Positions 10,696 through 20,608 of a DNA stretch of 64,000 bases are shown in pieces. Location: contig CAWHAE010000010.1 of assembly GCA_963827235.1 (NCBI GenBank), positions 448,001 to 512,000 on the forward strand, given 5' to 3'. The stretch comes from an uncultured bacterium. Lineage in GTDB: Bacteria > Chloroflexota > UBA5177 > JANWHV01. The position numbers and the translations under genes were made by a program. How positions within the stretch are numbered: the stretch's first letter is position 1; each line of letters starts with the position of its first letter. Below the pieces are notes generated by a model. The model made no database searches, was not told the origin of the DNA, and saw only the letters and a program-made list of their open reading frames with translations.

Positions 10696-12714
10696 ATGCA
10701 CGTCGAGTTCGGACGTGGCGAGCTGCAGACCTTTGAGGCGGGACTCGAGCGAGAGTGGCTGCTGACCAATGGCATCGGCGGCTATGCATCGGGTACCGTG
10801 AACTGCGTCAATACGCGGCGTTACCATGGGTTGCTTGTCGCTGCCCTGCGGCCGCCTGTTGGGCGCGTCGCCCTATTGCTCCGCTTGAACGAGGCAGTCA
10901 CGATCGAAGGCGAGACCACGGAGCTGACAGCCGCCGAGTATAGCGACGGCACCGTGTTTCCGGCCGACCAGGAGCACCTCGAGTCGTTCACGCTGGAGGA
11001 CGGCTCGCCCGTTTGGTCGTTCGCGGTGTCCGGCCATCTCATCCGCCGCAAGATCTGGATGGTTCCCGGCCACAACATTACCATCGTCCGCTACAGGCTG
11101 GTCGTGGGCCGCAGCCCTGTAGGCCTGGCTATCCGGCCGCTCTGCGCCTCGCGTGGCCACCACTCGCTGCAGCGCGGTTGGCCGGGCTGGGATTTCTCGG
11201 TCGCGCCGGTCGACAATGGCGTACGGGTTCAGGCGTGGCAGGCCGCTGCTCCGCTGTGGCTGATGATGGGCGGGGCCTCGTTCGTGCCGGCCGGTGACTG
11301 GTATTGGCGCTTCTTGCTCCGCGAAGAACGAACACGTGGCTACGACTTCCTGGAGGACCTCTACCAACCGGGCACCTTCCACGCCACCCTCGAGCCTGGC
11401 GATTCGCTCACGCTCATCGCGAGCGCTGAGGATCCCGGCAATGGCCTGCCGGACCCCGATGCGGCGCTCGCGGCGGCGAGGAGCACGGGTGTGCGAAGCC
11501 GAAGGAGCCAGCATCAGTCACACGGCGGGGACGACGCGTGCCTCGACGAGATCGAGGATGCGCTGGCCGCCGCCGCGAATCGCTTCGTGGTGAGAACGCC
11601 GCCAGCGCCGGATCGGGGACCGCGTACGACAACTATCGCCGGCTACCACTGGGGAGAAGATTGGGGCCGCGATGCAGCCGCCTCGCTGCCGGGGCTGTTG
11701 CTCACCACCGGGCGGTTGCGTGACGCCGAGATGCTGCTGCGCGATCTGGCCGGACAGGTCGATCAGGGCATGCTCCCCAGCAGCAGCGGCGAACAGGAAC
11801 GCGCGCCCGTGTTCGACGCCGCGGATACAGTGTTCTGGTTCTTCCGGGCTGTGCGCGAGGCGCTTGAAGCCGGGATGGAGGAGCGGGTGCTCACCGATCT
11901 CTATCCCGCGCTGAAGGATGCCATCGACTGGCACGTGCGTGGCACGCGCCTCGGCATAGGCGCGGATCCTGTCGACGGGTTGCTTCGGGCCGGGAAGGTC
12001 GCCCCACGGACTCTGCCGACACATCTCACCTGGATGAACGCCACGTTTCGCGACGTCGTGTACACACCGCGCGTGGGTAAGCCGGTGGAGCTGAATGCGC
12101 TGTGGATCGAAGCGCTGGACGCCATGGCCGGCTGGGCGCCACGATGCGGCGACGACCCGGCGCCGTTCAGTGCTCGCGCGGATCGCGCGGCGCGAGCGTT
12201 CGCCAAGCGATTCTGGCTTGACACCGGCAACTACCTCCTGGACGTGGTGGACGGGCCTGAAGGGGACGATTCGAGCTTCCGTCCAAACCAGCTTATCGCC
12301 TTGACCACTCCCCGCCTGCTCGTGTCGGCCACGCGTGCTCGTGCCATCCTGCAACGTGTCACCACCGAGCTGCTCACGCCGTTCGGACTGCGCACGCTCG
12401 CGCCCAGCGACCCGAGCTACCTTGGCGCCTATTACGGCGATCAGCCGAGCCGCGACCGTGCATACCACCAGGGCACCGTATGGCCGTGGCTGCTTGGGCC
12501 CTACGCGCAGGCACTGGTGCGCACCGGGGCGGATGCAGCATCCGTTGCCGCGCTGCTGCTGCCCTTTCACGAGCACCTTCGCTCCGCCGGCATCGGCTGC
12601 GTGAGTGAGGTGTTCAACGGCGATGCGCCTCACTACCCCAGTGGCTGTATCCACCATGCCTGGGGTGTCGCCGAGCTTCTTCGCATTGTCAAGCTGTCCG
12701 GCAGAACGCAGTAG
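10696..12714 (+). CDS. Glycogen-debranching-enzyme-like amylo-alpha-1,6-glucosidase (GDE_N + GDE_C) with atypical active-site motifs
   Basis: EWLLTNGIGGYASGT, TRRYHGLL, AGYHW..DWGRD, GKPVELNALW, RPNQL, LLTPFGLRTL, AYHQGTVWPWL. Confidence 0.9.
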   Translation: MHVEFGRGELQTFEAGLEREWLLTNGIGGYASGTVNCVNTRRYHGLLVAALRPPVGRVALLLRLNEAVTIEGETTELTAAEYSDGTVFPADQEHLESFTLEDGSPVWSFAVSGHLIRRKIWMVPGHNITIVRYRLVVGRSPVGLAIRPLCASRGHHSLQRGWPGWDFSVAPVDNGVRVQAWQAAAPLWLMMGGASFVPAGDWYWRFLLREERTRGYDFLEDLYQPGTFHATLEPGDSLTLIASAEDPGNGLPDPDAALAAARSTGVRSRRSQHQSHGGDDACLDEIEDALAAAANRFVVRTPPAPDRGPRTTTIAGYHWGEDWGRDAAASLPGLLLTTGRLRDAEMLLRDLAGQVDQGMLPSSSGEQERAPVFDAADTVFWFFRAVREALEAGMEERVLTDLYPALKDAIDWHVRGTRLGIGADPVDGLLRAGKVAPRTLPTHLTWMNATFRDVVYTPRVGKPVELNALWIEALDAMAGWAPRCGDDPAPFSARADRAARAFAKRFWLDTGNYLLDVVDGPEGDDSSFRPNQLIALTTPRLLVSATRARAILQRVTTELLTPFGLRTLAPSDPSYLGAYYGDQPSRDRAYHQGTVWPWLLGPYAQALVRTGADAASVAALLLPFHEHLRSAGIGCVSEVFNGDAPHYPSGCIHHAWGVAELLRIVKLSGRTQ

Positions 12715-12729
12715 ATTCGAAGAGGTGGC

Positions 12730-13116
12730 GTGGAATTCAAGGCGCTCGGCAAGCATGTAACGGAACCCCGGCGCGAGTTGGAGACCTTTCCCTCGCCGCC
12801 GTACGTCGACCTGGTCACGCTCAGCAGCGACGAGGTGACCAGTCTGTGCCCGGTAACCGGCCAGCCCGACTGGGAGACCGTGACGGTCGAATACGTCCCG
12901 GATCAGCTCTGCATCGAATCCAAGAGCCTCAAGCTGTACTTCTGGAGCCTGCGGAACGACGGGGTGTTCTGCGAGGCGCTGGCCGCGCAGATAGCGACCG
13001 CGGTCTTCGACGCGGCAAATCCGCTCCGATGTTCGGTCACGGTCGTACAGAAGCCACGTGGAGGAATCACGATCACGGCCGTCGCGTCGCGGAAGCGAGA
13101 GACCGAGCGGGCGTAG
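12730..13116 (+). CDS. queF: NADPH-dependent preQ0 reductase (unimodular QueF)
   Basis: CPVTGQPD, ESKSLKLY, PRGGI motifs; GTG start after GAGG. Confidence 0.88.
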   Translation: MEFKALGKHVTEPRRELETFPSPPYVDLVTLSSDEVTSLCPVTGQPDWETVTVEYVPDQLCIESKSLKLYFWSLRNDGVFCEALAAQIATAVFDAANPLRCSVTVVQKPRGGITITAVASRKRETERA

Positions 13117-13122
13117 CCGCGG

Positions 13123-15114
13123 TCAGGACTCCGCGTTGAAGAAGGCTTCCACGTCTTCAATGCGGAGAGTACGGCGCGCGGGCGGCAGCGCGGAGAGCAC
13201 CTGCCTGCCGTAACCCTTGCGCACGAGCCTGCTGTCGAGAAGGGCGACGACTCCCCGGTCGGCGGCGCTGCGAATGAGCCTGCCGAATCCCTGCTTGAGC
13301 TGGAGCGTTGCCTGCGGGAGCATGAGGTCGTTGAACCAGTCCTTGCCGTCCGCCTTCAACCGGGCAACGCGGGCCTGCACGACGGGCTCATCGGGAGCCG
13401 AGAACGGCATCTTGTCGATGATCACCAGCGAGAGATTGCTGCCCACGACGTCAACTCCTTCCCAGAAGCTACGCGTGGCGAACAGCACGCTACCCGGCTT
13501 GGAGATGAACCGCTTGAGCAGCTCCGGCCTCGGAAGCGTGCCCTGGCGCAGCGTAGGGAACGGCAGTCGAGGAGCAAGCAGATCGTAGACGGCGCCAAGC
13601 GTCTTGTAACTGGTGAACAGACAGAAGGCCCGCCCACGGCTGGCGGCGACAAGGCGCTCGATGTGCTCCGCAAGCGCAACCACAAAGCCCTCATGCTGTT
13701 GTGGTGAGAACTCCGGCATGGTGCGCGCGACGTAGAGCAGGCACTGACCCGCGAAGTCGAACGGACTAGGTATCAACGCTTCGCCGGCGTCCTTGCAACC
13801 GACGTGAGAGCGGAAATAGGCGAATGGACTTGGGCCGGCGGGCTCTCCGTCCTCGTCGACCGCGGCGCCTCGCGTGGCGAGTGTGGCGGATGTGCAGATG
13901 GTGGGATAGCGATCGAACAAGATCTCCCCGAGCCGGTCGGAGACGTCGATCGGAGACCAGCGAATTCTGACCACGCGGTCTCGACCGCCCTCGCCGGCCA
14001 CGGAGTAGCGCACGCTGTCCCTGTCCTGAATCCGAGCCACCAGTCTGCTGGTTTCGGCCGTATCGGCCAGCCACTCCAGAGCCATGCCGTATCGGCGAGC
14101 CTCCTTGGTTCGCTCGCTGCTCTTGTGTGGATTGCTGCGCTGCATGGACTCCGCCATCTCGGCCACGATGTCGGCAAAGTGCTCTCCGGAGGGTACGGTG
14201 TCCAGGATTAGGTGCTGCGACGTGCCGCATGCGGCGCGGATTTCCTCAGCAAACCGCCTGCCTGTCTCGGTGGCGCGGCTCAGGAGGCCGGCGTCGACGT
14301 GGCGTCTGATCAGCGCATTCTCCAGCAGCTCGAGTATCTCGGCGGGCCCCAGCTCGGCGCTGAGAGCGTTGACCGCGGATTCTTCGAGGTTGTGGGCTTC
14401 GTCGATCACGATGGCGTCCCGGTCGGGCAGCACGTGGGCGCCGCGGTCGCGAAGCTGCAGATCGGCGAGGAGCAGGGCATGGTTGCACACGATGATGCGC
14501 GACGCCTCGGCTTTCTGATAGGCTCCCTCGACAAAACACCTGTCGTACAGATCGCATGCCATGCCCACGCACGTGCGCGTGGTCGACATAACGCGCGACC
14601 GCAAGTCGGCTGGTAGCGCGGTGTCGAGATCATCGAAGTCGCCCGACTGCGTTTCGTCCTTCCAGGCCGCCAACCGCGACCATCCGCGGCTTCCACCGAT
14701 CATCTGCTGATACGGTTCCTCGTCCCGGAAGCGGTCCAGGCACAGGTAGTTCCCACGGCCCTTCACGATGGCGGCCTCGAAGCTCATGGGAAGCACGCGC
14801 TGCAGGAACGGGATATCTTTCCGAATAAGCTGCTCCTGCAGGGCCTTGTTGGCCGTGGACACGATCACCGTCTTGCCTGAATAGATGGCGGGCACGAGAT
14901 AGGCCATGCTCTTGCCGGTACCGGTGCCGGCCTCAACGACGGCGTGCTCGCCGCGCGTAATGGCGCGCAGGATCATGTCCGCCATTTGGACCTGGCCTGC
15001 CCGCTCTTCGTAGCCCGGGAGGCTCCTGGCCACGATTCCGCCCGCACTGAGGATCGAAGCGACGGGGCTGCGCCGTCCGTGGACGACGCCGCGGGCAAGT
15101 CGTGGCTCAGTCAC
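13123..15114 (-). CDS. DinG/YoaA-family ATP-dependent DNA helicase (Fe-S)
   Basis: EAGTGTGKS, KGRGNYLC, CxxxxCxxxxxC cluster, DEAH, TSATL, SPFD, FWEGVD, QGFGRLIR. GTG 15114 overlaps the upp end; the ORF track start is 15147. Confidence 0.93.
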   Translation of the reverse strand: MTEPRLARGVVHGRRSPVASILSAGGIVARSLPGYEERAGQVQMADMILRAITRGEHAVVEAGTGTGKSMAYLVPAIYSGKTVIVSTANKALQEQLIRKDIPFLQRVLPMSFEAAIVKGRGNYLCLDRFRDEEPYQQMIGGSRGWSRLAAWKDETQSGDFDDLDTALPADLRSRVMSTTRTCVGMACDLYDRCFVEGAYQKAEASRIIVCNHALLLADLQLRDRGAHVLPDRDAIVIDEAHNLEESAVNALSAELGPAEILELLENALIRRHVDAGLLSRATETGRRFAEEIRAACGTSQHLILDTVPSGEHFADIVAEMAESMQRSNPHKSSERTKEARRYGMALEWLADTAETSRLVARIQDRDSVRYSVAGEGGRDRVVRIRWSPIDVSDRLGEILFDRYPTICTSATLATRGAAVDEDGEPAGPSPFAYFRSHVGCKDAGEALIPSPFDFAGQCLLYVARTMPEFSPQQHEGFVVALAEHIERLVAASRGRAFCLFTSYKTLGAVYDLLAPRLPFPTLRQGTLPRPELLKRFISKPGSVLFATRSFWEGVDVVGSNLSLVIIDKMPFSAPDEPVVQARVARLKADGKDWFNDLMLPQATLQLKQGFGRLIRSAADRGVVALLDSRLVRKGYGRQVLSALPPARRTLRIEDVEAFFNAES

Positions 15115-15739
15115 CAGCCGTGCCGAAATAGCGGTCGCCAAAGTCACCGAGTCCAGGCAGAATGTACTTTCGCTCGTTGAGCTCGCGATCGAGCGCGCAG
15201 GTGAAGATGAGCAGCGACGGGTCGGCCTTGACTAGCAGCTCTACACCCTCGGGCGCGGCGACGATGCAGGCCAGGCGGATCTTGGTAGCGCCGGATTTCT
15301 GCAGCAGGCGCAGCGTTGCCAGGGCGGAGCCGCCGGTGGCGAGCATCGGATCGAGGATGACGACGACGCTCTCTTCCAGGTGTTTGGGAAGCTTACTGTA
15401 GTACTGATGAGCGATAGCTGTGCCCTCGTCTCGCTCCATACCCACGAAGCCCACCTTGCTGCCGGGCACGAAGTTATTCATCGTATCGAGCATGGCCAGG
15501 CCCGAGCGCAACACGGGAACGAATATCACCTTGCAATCCAGTCGCTCAGCGGACGTCTCTTCGAGCGGTGTCCGCACGGAGATGGTGGTGGTATCCAGGT
15601 CGCCGAGCACATGGAGGGCAAGGATCCGAGTCACTACCTGCGCGTGCCGCTGGAACGCCTCGGTATCGGTATCCACGCTGCGCAGGTAACCCATTGAGTG
15701 CTCGACGAGCGGGTGTCTGACCAGAGTAAGGTTGTTCAC
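15107..15739 (-). CDS. upp: Uracil phosphoribosyltransferase
   Basis: HPLVEH, VPVLRSGL, DPMLATGGSA, YILPGLGDFGDRYFGT; GTG 15739 after AAGGGG. Confidence 0.96.
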   Translation of the reverse strand: MNNLTLVRHPLVEHSMGYLRSVDTDTEAFQRHAQVVTRILALHVLGDLDTTTISVRTPLEETSAERLDCKVIFVPVLRSGLAMLDTMNNFVPGSKVGFVGMERDEGTAIAHQYYSKLPKHLEESVVVILDPMLATGGSALATLRLLQKSGATKIRLACIVAAPEGVELLVKADPSLLIFTCALDRELNERKYILPGLGDFGDRYFGTAGD

Positions 15740-15750
15740 AATCGACCCCT

Positions 15751-16326
15751 TTACCTGAGGATCCATGTCTTGCGCTTCGAGGGGCTGAGGAAATCCGGCT
15801 GATACATCAGCTCGGCCGAGGAATCGGCTTTCGGCACTTCGAAGATCAGCGTGCCGGAGGTATAGCCCTGGGGAATGAGCCGCACCTCGCGCAGCCGGCG
15901 CCTGGTGAAGTCGTTTAGCAGCGGTGGATCGATCTGGCCGTGACTGTCCAGAACCATGAAATCGCCGGATAGCACACGGAAGTCGCTGTCGCTTCGGTTG
16001 ACGATGCGCAGCGAGACCACGACGAACTCGTCGCCATAGTTCGGCAGGATGCCGTTTCCGCCCTGACTGCGCTCGATGTGATAGGGCGTAACCCACACGT
16101 TGTCGAGATGCTGAGTCATGCCGACCGGCGGAATCGCCAGGGTAGGCGTGGGCTTTGGCTTCGGCGGAGTCGCCGCCAGCCCGGGCGTGGCGGTTATCGC
16201 GGTCGGCGGCAGCGTGTAGGTGCTGTCCGTCTCAAACCAGCTCGGGTGCCACCAGTACGCCAGTCCCACCAAGGCAATGGCCGCTCCAATTGTCAGTAGC
16301 ATGCGCCGCCACGCGATATGCGACAT
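15751..16326 (-). CDS. Membrane-anchored DUF4352-like protein
   Basis: N-terminal TM helix, Pro/Thr linker, then GDEFVVVSLRIVN ... F...D..G ... G.L.FEVP Ig-like domain. Confidence 0.7.
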   Translation of the reverse strand: MSHIAWRRMLLTIGAAIALVGLAYWWHPSWFETDSTYTLPPTAITATPGLAATPPKPKPTPTLAIPPVGMTQHLDNVWVTPYHIERSQGGNGILPNYGDEFVVVSLRIVNRSDSDFRVLSGDFMVLDSHGQIDPPLLNDFTRRRLREVRLIPQGYTSGTLIFEVPKADSSAELMYQPDFLSPSKRKTWILR

Positions 16327-16606
16327 TCGTCTTCCTCTGCCATGCCTGCAGCCAGCAGGTGACCGTCGTCGGGCACGCCCATCGTGACCATTCTACCCAA
16401 TGTGCGGCCTCGCGGGGCCCGCCTACCGGTGCGTCACGCACATCCGCGACTCCACTTGGGAGAATCGCTACCACCCTGTACCATACTCTGCGGAAGCGGC
16501 GCCGCATCGTCTCGTCTCTCGGTCGCGCCGGGTGCGCGCCGCGGCACGCTGGGTTCGTCGGCGGCCTTCATCTCTTCTCGCACCCACGTTCTTCGCTGGA
16601 ACAGGA

Positions 16607-17767
16607 ATGCACGTGTCGACCGTCCTTCTGCTAGTCGCCATGGTGAGCGCGGCGTCGCTCGCCCTCTTTGTAGTCTCGGACGTGCAGTCGCGAGGCCATG
16701 CCCTGGCACGGCGCGTGGCGACCATGACGGAGGAGCTGGCACCTCTGCGCCGGGATGCCGATCTCGGACGCACGTTTGAGGAGGTACAGGCCGAGCTGCC
16801 GGTCGGGCTGCTGCTCGTGGCCCAGGACGAATCCATTGTTCTCCACAACAGCCGAGCCTCCACGCTCCTTGGCGTGGACGCCTGCAGCACCCCGAAGTCG
16901 CTCTCCGATATGGCCGGCTCTACCGACGTGATCAACAGCATGCGCCAGGCGTTGCACCAGCGACGGGACGCCGCGGGTGTGATTGTGCCCCAGCCCGGAC
17001 GGTTTGTCGAGGTATCGGCCCATCCGCTCGACTCCGGCGACACGCTCATCGTGTTGCAGGACGTGAGTGAGCTCAGGCATCTTCGCACGGTGCGCCGTGA
17101 CTTCGTGGCCAACGTCTCGCACGAGCTTCGCACGCCGCTCGCCTCCATCCGCTTGCTGGTAGACACGCTGGAGGCGGGGGCGCTCGACGACGGAGATGTT
17201 GCCGCGAGCTTCGTCCACCGGATCGGCGTGGAGACCGATCAGCTCGTGCAGATGGTAAACGAGCTGCTGGAGCTCTCGCGTATTGAGTCCGGCCAGCTTC
17301 CTTTCAGACGCGAGCCTGTACCGGTGAACGAGATCGTCGAGAATGCCGTTACTCGTCTGTGGGTCGTGGCGGAGGATCGAGGCATAAAGGTATCAACCGA
17401 GGTGAGCGAGCACCTTCCGCCGGCCCTGGCGGATCGAGACCAGGCCGTACAGATCTTGCTCAACCTGCTCTTCAATGCCATCAAGTTCACGTCTCCCGGC
17501 GGCAGCGTGCACATCAAGGCCGATCACCATGACAGCTTTGTGGAAATCGCAGTGATCGACACCGGGGTCGGCATTCACCACGATGACCTGTCCCGCATTT
17601 TCGAGCGCTTCTACAAGTCCGACAAGTCGCGCGTGCGCTCGCGGGGCGGTACGGGGCTGGGCCTTCCCATAGCCCGGCACATCGTGGAAGCCCATGGCGG
17701 CAGCATCTGGGCGGAAAGCAAGGAGGGTCAGGGCAGCACCTTTACGTTTACCCTACCCTCGGCGTAG
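16607..17767 (+). CDS. PhoR-like sensor histidine kinase (TM, PAS, HisKA, HATPase)
   Basis: RRDFVANVSHELRTPL, NLLFNAIKFT, DTGVGI, FERFYKSDKSR, GGTGLGL; ATG 16607. No adjacent response regulator. Confidence 0.9.
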   Translation: MHVSTVLLLVAMVSAASLALFVVSDVQSRGHALARRVATMTEELAPLRRDADLGRTFEEVQAELPVGLLLVAQDESIVLHNSRASTLLGVDACSTPKSLSDMAGSTDVINSMRQALHQRRDAAGVIVPQPGRFVEVSAHPLDSGDTLIVLQDVSELRHLRTVRRDFVANVSHELRTPLASIRLLVDTLEAGALDDGDVAASFVHRIGVETDQLVQMVNELLELSRIESGQLPFRREPVPVNEIVENAVTRLWVVAEDRGIKVSTEVSEHLPPALADRDQAVQILLNLLFNAIKFTSPGGSVHIKADHHDSFVEIAVIDTGVGIHHDDLSRIFERFYKSDKSRVRSRGGTGLGLPIARHIVEAHGGSIWAESKEGQGSTFTFTLPSA

Positions 17768-17837
17768 CCGCGTGGCAGCATCGCTGCCGGCAGTGCGTGT
17801 TGGCATGGACTCGCTAGAACAGGGATACTGACTCAGT

Positions 17838-18770
17838 ATGCTAAATCGCCTTCGTCGCCTGAATCCGTTCCGGGAGAGCCTGCGAAAGACCCGTGAGGGC
17901 GTTTTCTCGCGGGTCACGAGCCTCCTGACGCAGCAGGTGATCGACGACGCGCTGTGGGAGGAGCTGGAAGAGCTGCTCATCCGCGCGGACATCGGCGTCG
18001 ACATCTCGCTCGGCATCATTCAGCAACTTCAGATGCGGGTGGCGCGCGATCGGCTTACACTTGCCAGGGACGTGGAAGCCGCCCTGCGTGAAGAGCTGCT
18101 CGGACTGCTGGGAGGCCTGGAAACCCGCGCCATGGTGAGGCACGATCCGCTCACCACCATCATGGTGGTTGGCGTCAACGGCGTGGGAAAGACCACGTCG
18201 ATCGCCAAGCTGGCGCGGTACCTGCAGGATCAGGGCAGTACGGTCATGATTGCCGCAGCGGATACGTTTCGTGCCGCGGCCGTCGAGCAGCTTACCATCT
18301 GGGGCGATCGACTGGGTGTGCCGGTGATCAGCCAGACCAGCAGTGCCGATCCGGGTGCCGTGGTCTACGACGCGATGCAATCGGGGCTGGCCCGGCACGC
18401 CGACTACGTGATCGTCGACACCGCGGGCAGACTGCACACCAAGTTCAACCTGATGGAGGAGCTCAAGAAGGTGCAGCGCGTGGCGCGCAAGATCGATCCC
18501 ACTGCCATGCATGAGGTGCTGCTGGTGCTCGACGCCACCAGCGGACAGAACGCGCTGGAGCAGACGAAAGCGTTCGGTGAGGCCGTCGGAGTCACGGGAG
18601 TGATCTTGACGAAGCTGGACGGCACCGCCAAGGGTGGGGTGGCGTTTGCCATCCGCCGCCGGCTGCAGGTTCCCATCTTGTTCGTCGGCACGGGCGAAAA
18701 GGTCACCGACTTCGCGCCGTTTGACGCCGAATCCTTCGTCGACGCATTGTTCAGCCCAGAGACGGCCTGA
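17838..18770 (+). CDS. ftsY: SRP receptor FtsY
   Basis: [36 protein letters not shown]. Confidence 0.97.
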   Translation: MLNRLRRLNPFRESLRKTREGVFSRVTSLLTQQVIDDALWEELEELLIRADIGVDISLGIIQQLQMRVARDRLTLARDVEAALREELLGLLGGLETRAMVRHDPLTTIMVVGVNGVGKTTSIAKLARYLQDQGSTVMIAAADTFRAAAVEQLTIWGDRLGVPVISQTSSADPGAVVYDAMQSGLARHADYVIVDTAGRLHTKFNLMEELKKVQRVARKIDPTAMHEVLLVLDATSGQNALEQTKAFGEAVGVTGVILTKLDGTAKGGVAFAIRRRLQVPILFVGTGEKVTDFAPFDAESFVDALFSPETA

Positions 18771-18799
18771 CGGGCTCGCCTTCTTGTCGAGGTGCATAC

Positions 18800-20143
18800 G
18801 TGTTTGAGACACTCACCGATCGGTTGCAGGGAATCTTCGAGAAGATCGGCCGCAAGGGAAGGTTGACAGAAGCCGACGTCCAGGAGGCAATGAAGGAAGT
18901 ACGGCGCGCTCTCCTGGAGGCGGACGTCAACTTCAAGGTCGTGAAGGACTTCGTGGCCAAGGTCACCGAGCGCGCGGTGGGGATCGAGGTGCTTCAGGCC
19001 CTCCGTCCCGACCAACAGGTGATCAAGATCGTCAACGAGCAGCTGATCGCCATGCTCGGCGAGCAGGCACACCTCGACTTCGGCGGATCCTCGCCGGCCG
19101 TGATCATGTTGGTGGGTCTGCAGGGCTCGGGCAAAACGACGACGAGTGCCAAGCTTGCCCATTTCCTGCGAAAGAAGGGGCAGTCGCCGCTTCTGGTGGC
19201 AGCCGATGTGTACAGGCCGGCGGCCATCGACCAGCTGGTTACACTGGGCAAGCAGCTCCAGATTCCCGTGTACTCAGAACCGCCAAGCGTCAAGCCGCTG
19301 GTCATCTGCCAGAACGCCGTGAAGCACGCCCGGCAGAACGGCAACAGCGTCGTCATCCTGGACACCGCGGGCCGGCTGCATATCGACGACGCGATGATGG
19401 ACGAGGTCGCCGCCATCCGCATGGCCCTGCAGGTCAACGAGGTACTGCTCATCGCAGACGCGATGACCGGCCAGGAGTCGGTGCGCGTGGCAGAGGAGTT
19501 CAATGCCCGCCTGCCGCTTTCGGGCCTGATTCTCACCAAGATGGATGGCGACGCCAAGGGAGGCGCAGCCCTCTCCATCCGCGCCGTGACCAACATCCCG
19601 ATAAAGTTCATCTCCACGGGCGAGAAGACAGATGCTCTCGAGCCGTTCTATCCCGATCGGCTGGCAAATCGCATTCTCGGCATGGGCGACATTCTCACCT
19701 TGATCGAGAAGGCCGAGGAGACGATGGACCGGCAGCAGGCGGAAGTCATGGAGAAGAAGCTGCGTACCAACAGCTTCACGCTCGAGGACTTCCTCGCCCA
19801 GCTGCAGCAGATCAAGAAGATGGGCCCGCTCAGCCAGCTGGTGGAGATGATGGGCATGCGCGGCGCGCTGAAGGCCAGCGGCGTTGAGGGTGAGATTGAC
19901 GATCGGCCGCTGAAGCAGATCGAGGCGATCATCAACTCAATGACGCCTCAGGAACGGCGCAACCCTGAAATCTTGAACGGCAGCCGGAAACGCCGGGTCG
20001 CCAAAGGCAGCGGCACCCAGGTCCAGGACATCAATCAGCTGCTCACCCAGTTCCGCGAGATGCAGAACATGATGAAGCAACTGACCAGCGGACGGATGGG
20101 CAAGATGCTCGCCAAGCGCATGGGTATGATGCCCAAGCGCTGA
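18800..20143 (+). CDS. ffh: Signal recognition particle protein Ffh
   Basis: ALLEADV, GLQGSGKTT, DVYRPAA, DTAGR, RILGMGD, Met-rich M domain SMT..ER.NP. Confidence 0.98.
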   Translation: MFETLTDRLQGIFEKIGRKGRLTEADVQEAMKEVRRALLEADVNFKVVKDFVAKVTERAVGIEVLQALRPDQQVIKIVNEQLIAMLGEQAHLDFGGSSPAVIMLVGLQGSGKTTTSAKLAHFLRKKGQSPLLVAADVYRPAAIDQLVTLGKQLQIPVYSEPPSVKPLVICQNAVKHARQNGNSVVILDTAGRLHIDDAMMDEVAAIRMALQVNEVLLIADAMTGQESVRVAEEFNARLPLSGLILTKMDGDAKGGAALSIRAVTNIPIKFISTGEKTDALEPFYPDRLANRILGMGDILTLIEKAEETMDRQQAEVMEKKLRTNSFTLEDFLAQLQQIKKMGPLSQLVEMMGMRGALKASGVEGEIDDRPLKQIEAIINSMTPQERRNPEILNGSRKRRVAKGSGTQVQDINQLLTQFREMQNMMKQLTSGRMGKMLAKRMGMMPKR

Positions 20144-20245
20144 GCGCCGGATGAATCAGCCTCGGCAATGCAACGACCGACTTCGCTCGCGCAGCCCAGC
20201 TACGAGCTCGATTCGCCCGGATCCGATTACGCTGCTCAAGCGGCC

Positions 20246-20467
20246 CTAGAGAAGACTGGCACAGGCGCGCTGTACTGCTTTTCGCTCCACCGCGCTGGCC
20301 TCATCCGCACTGATTTGGAACGCTTCGGCGACTTCCACCCAGGAACACGGAGGAAAGCCGTCCAGCCCGTACCGCATTCGCAGCACCTCGCGTTCGCGAT
20401 TGGATACCATCGCGAGCACGAACAGGAAGACGTCGCGCGTCCACGCCGTCAATTTGGCCTCCGCCAT
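20246..20467 (-). CDS. Stand-alone sigma-70 region-4-like HTH mini-protein (about 73 aa)
   Basis: SNREREVLRMRYGLDGFPPCSWVEVAEAFQIS..EASAVERKA matches the region 4 pattern RE..VL..RYGL.G...T..EV...F.IS. ATG 20467. Confidence 0.7.
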   Translation of the reverse strand: MAEAKLTAWTRDVFLFVLAMVSNREREVLRMRYGLDGFPPCSWVEVAEAFQISADEASAVERKAVQRACASLL

Positions 20468-20608
20468 CGGCACACACACCCATCTAGGGGACAACAAGTT
20501 TCAGTTACGTATCCTAGCACAATCTCGAGACCAGATCCCAGATCGCTCAAGCCTTTTAGATGGACGATGAGCGGTTATGCGTCCTTATTGCCAATTTTCC
20601 AACAGTAT

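Noticed and set aside
12730-13116. queF as part of a 7-deazaguanine DNA-modification (dpd) system
   Set aside because: No dpdA/tgt-like, queC, queD, queE or folE genes in the window; simplest reading is tRNA queuosine biosynthesis.
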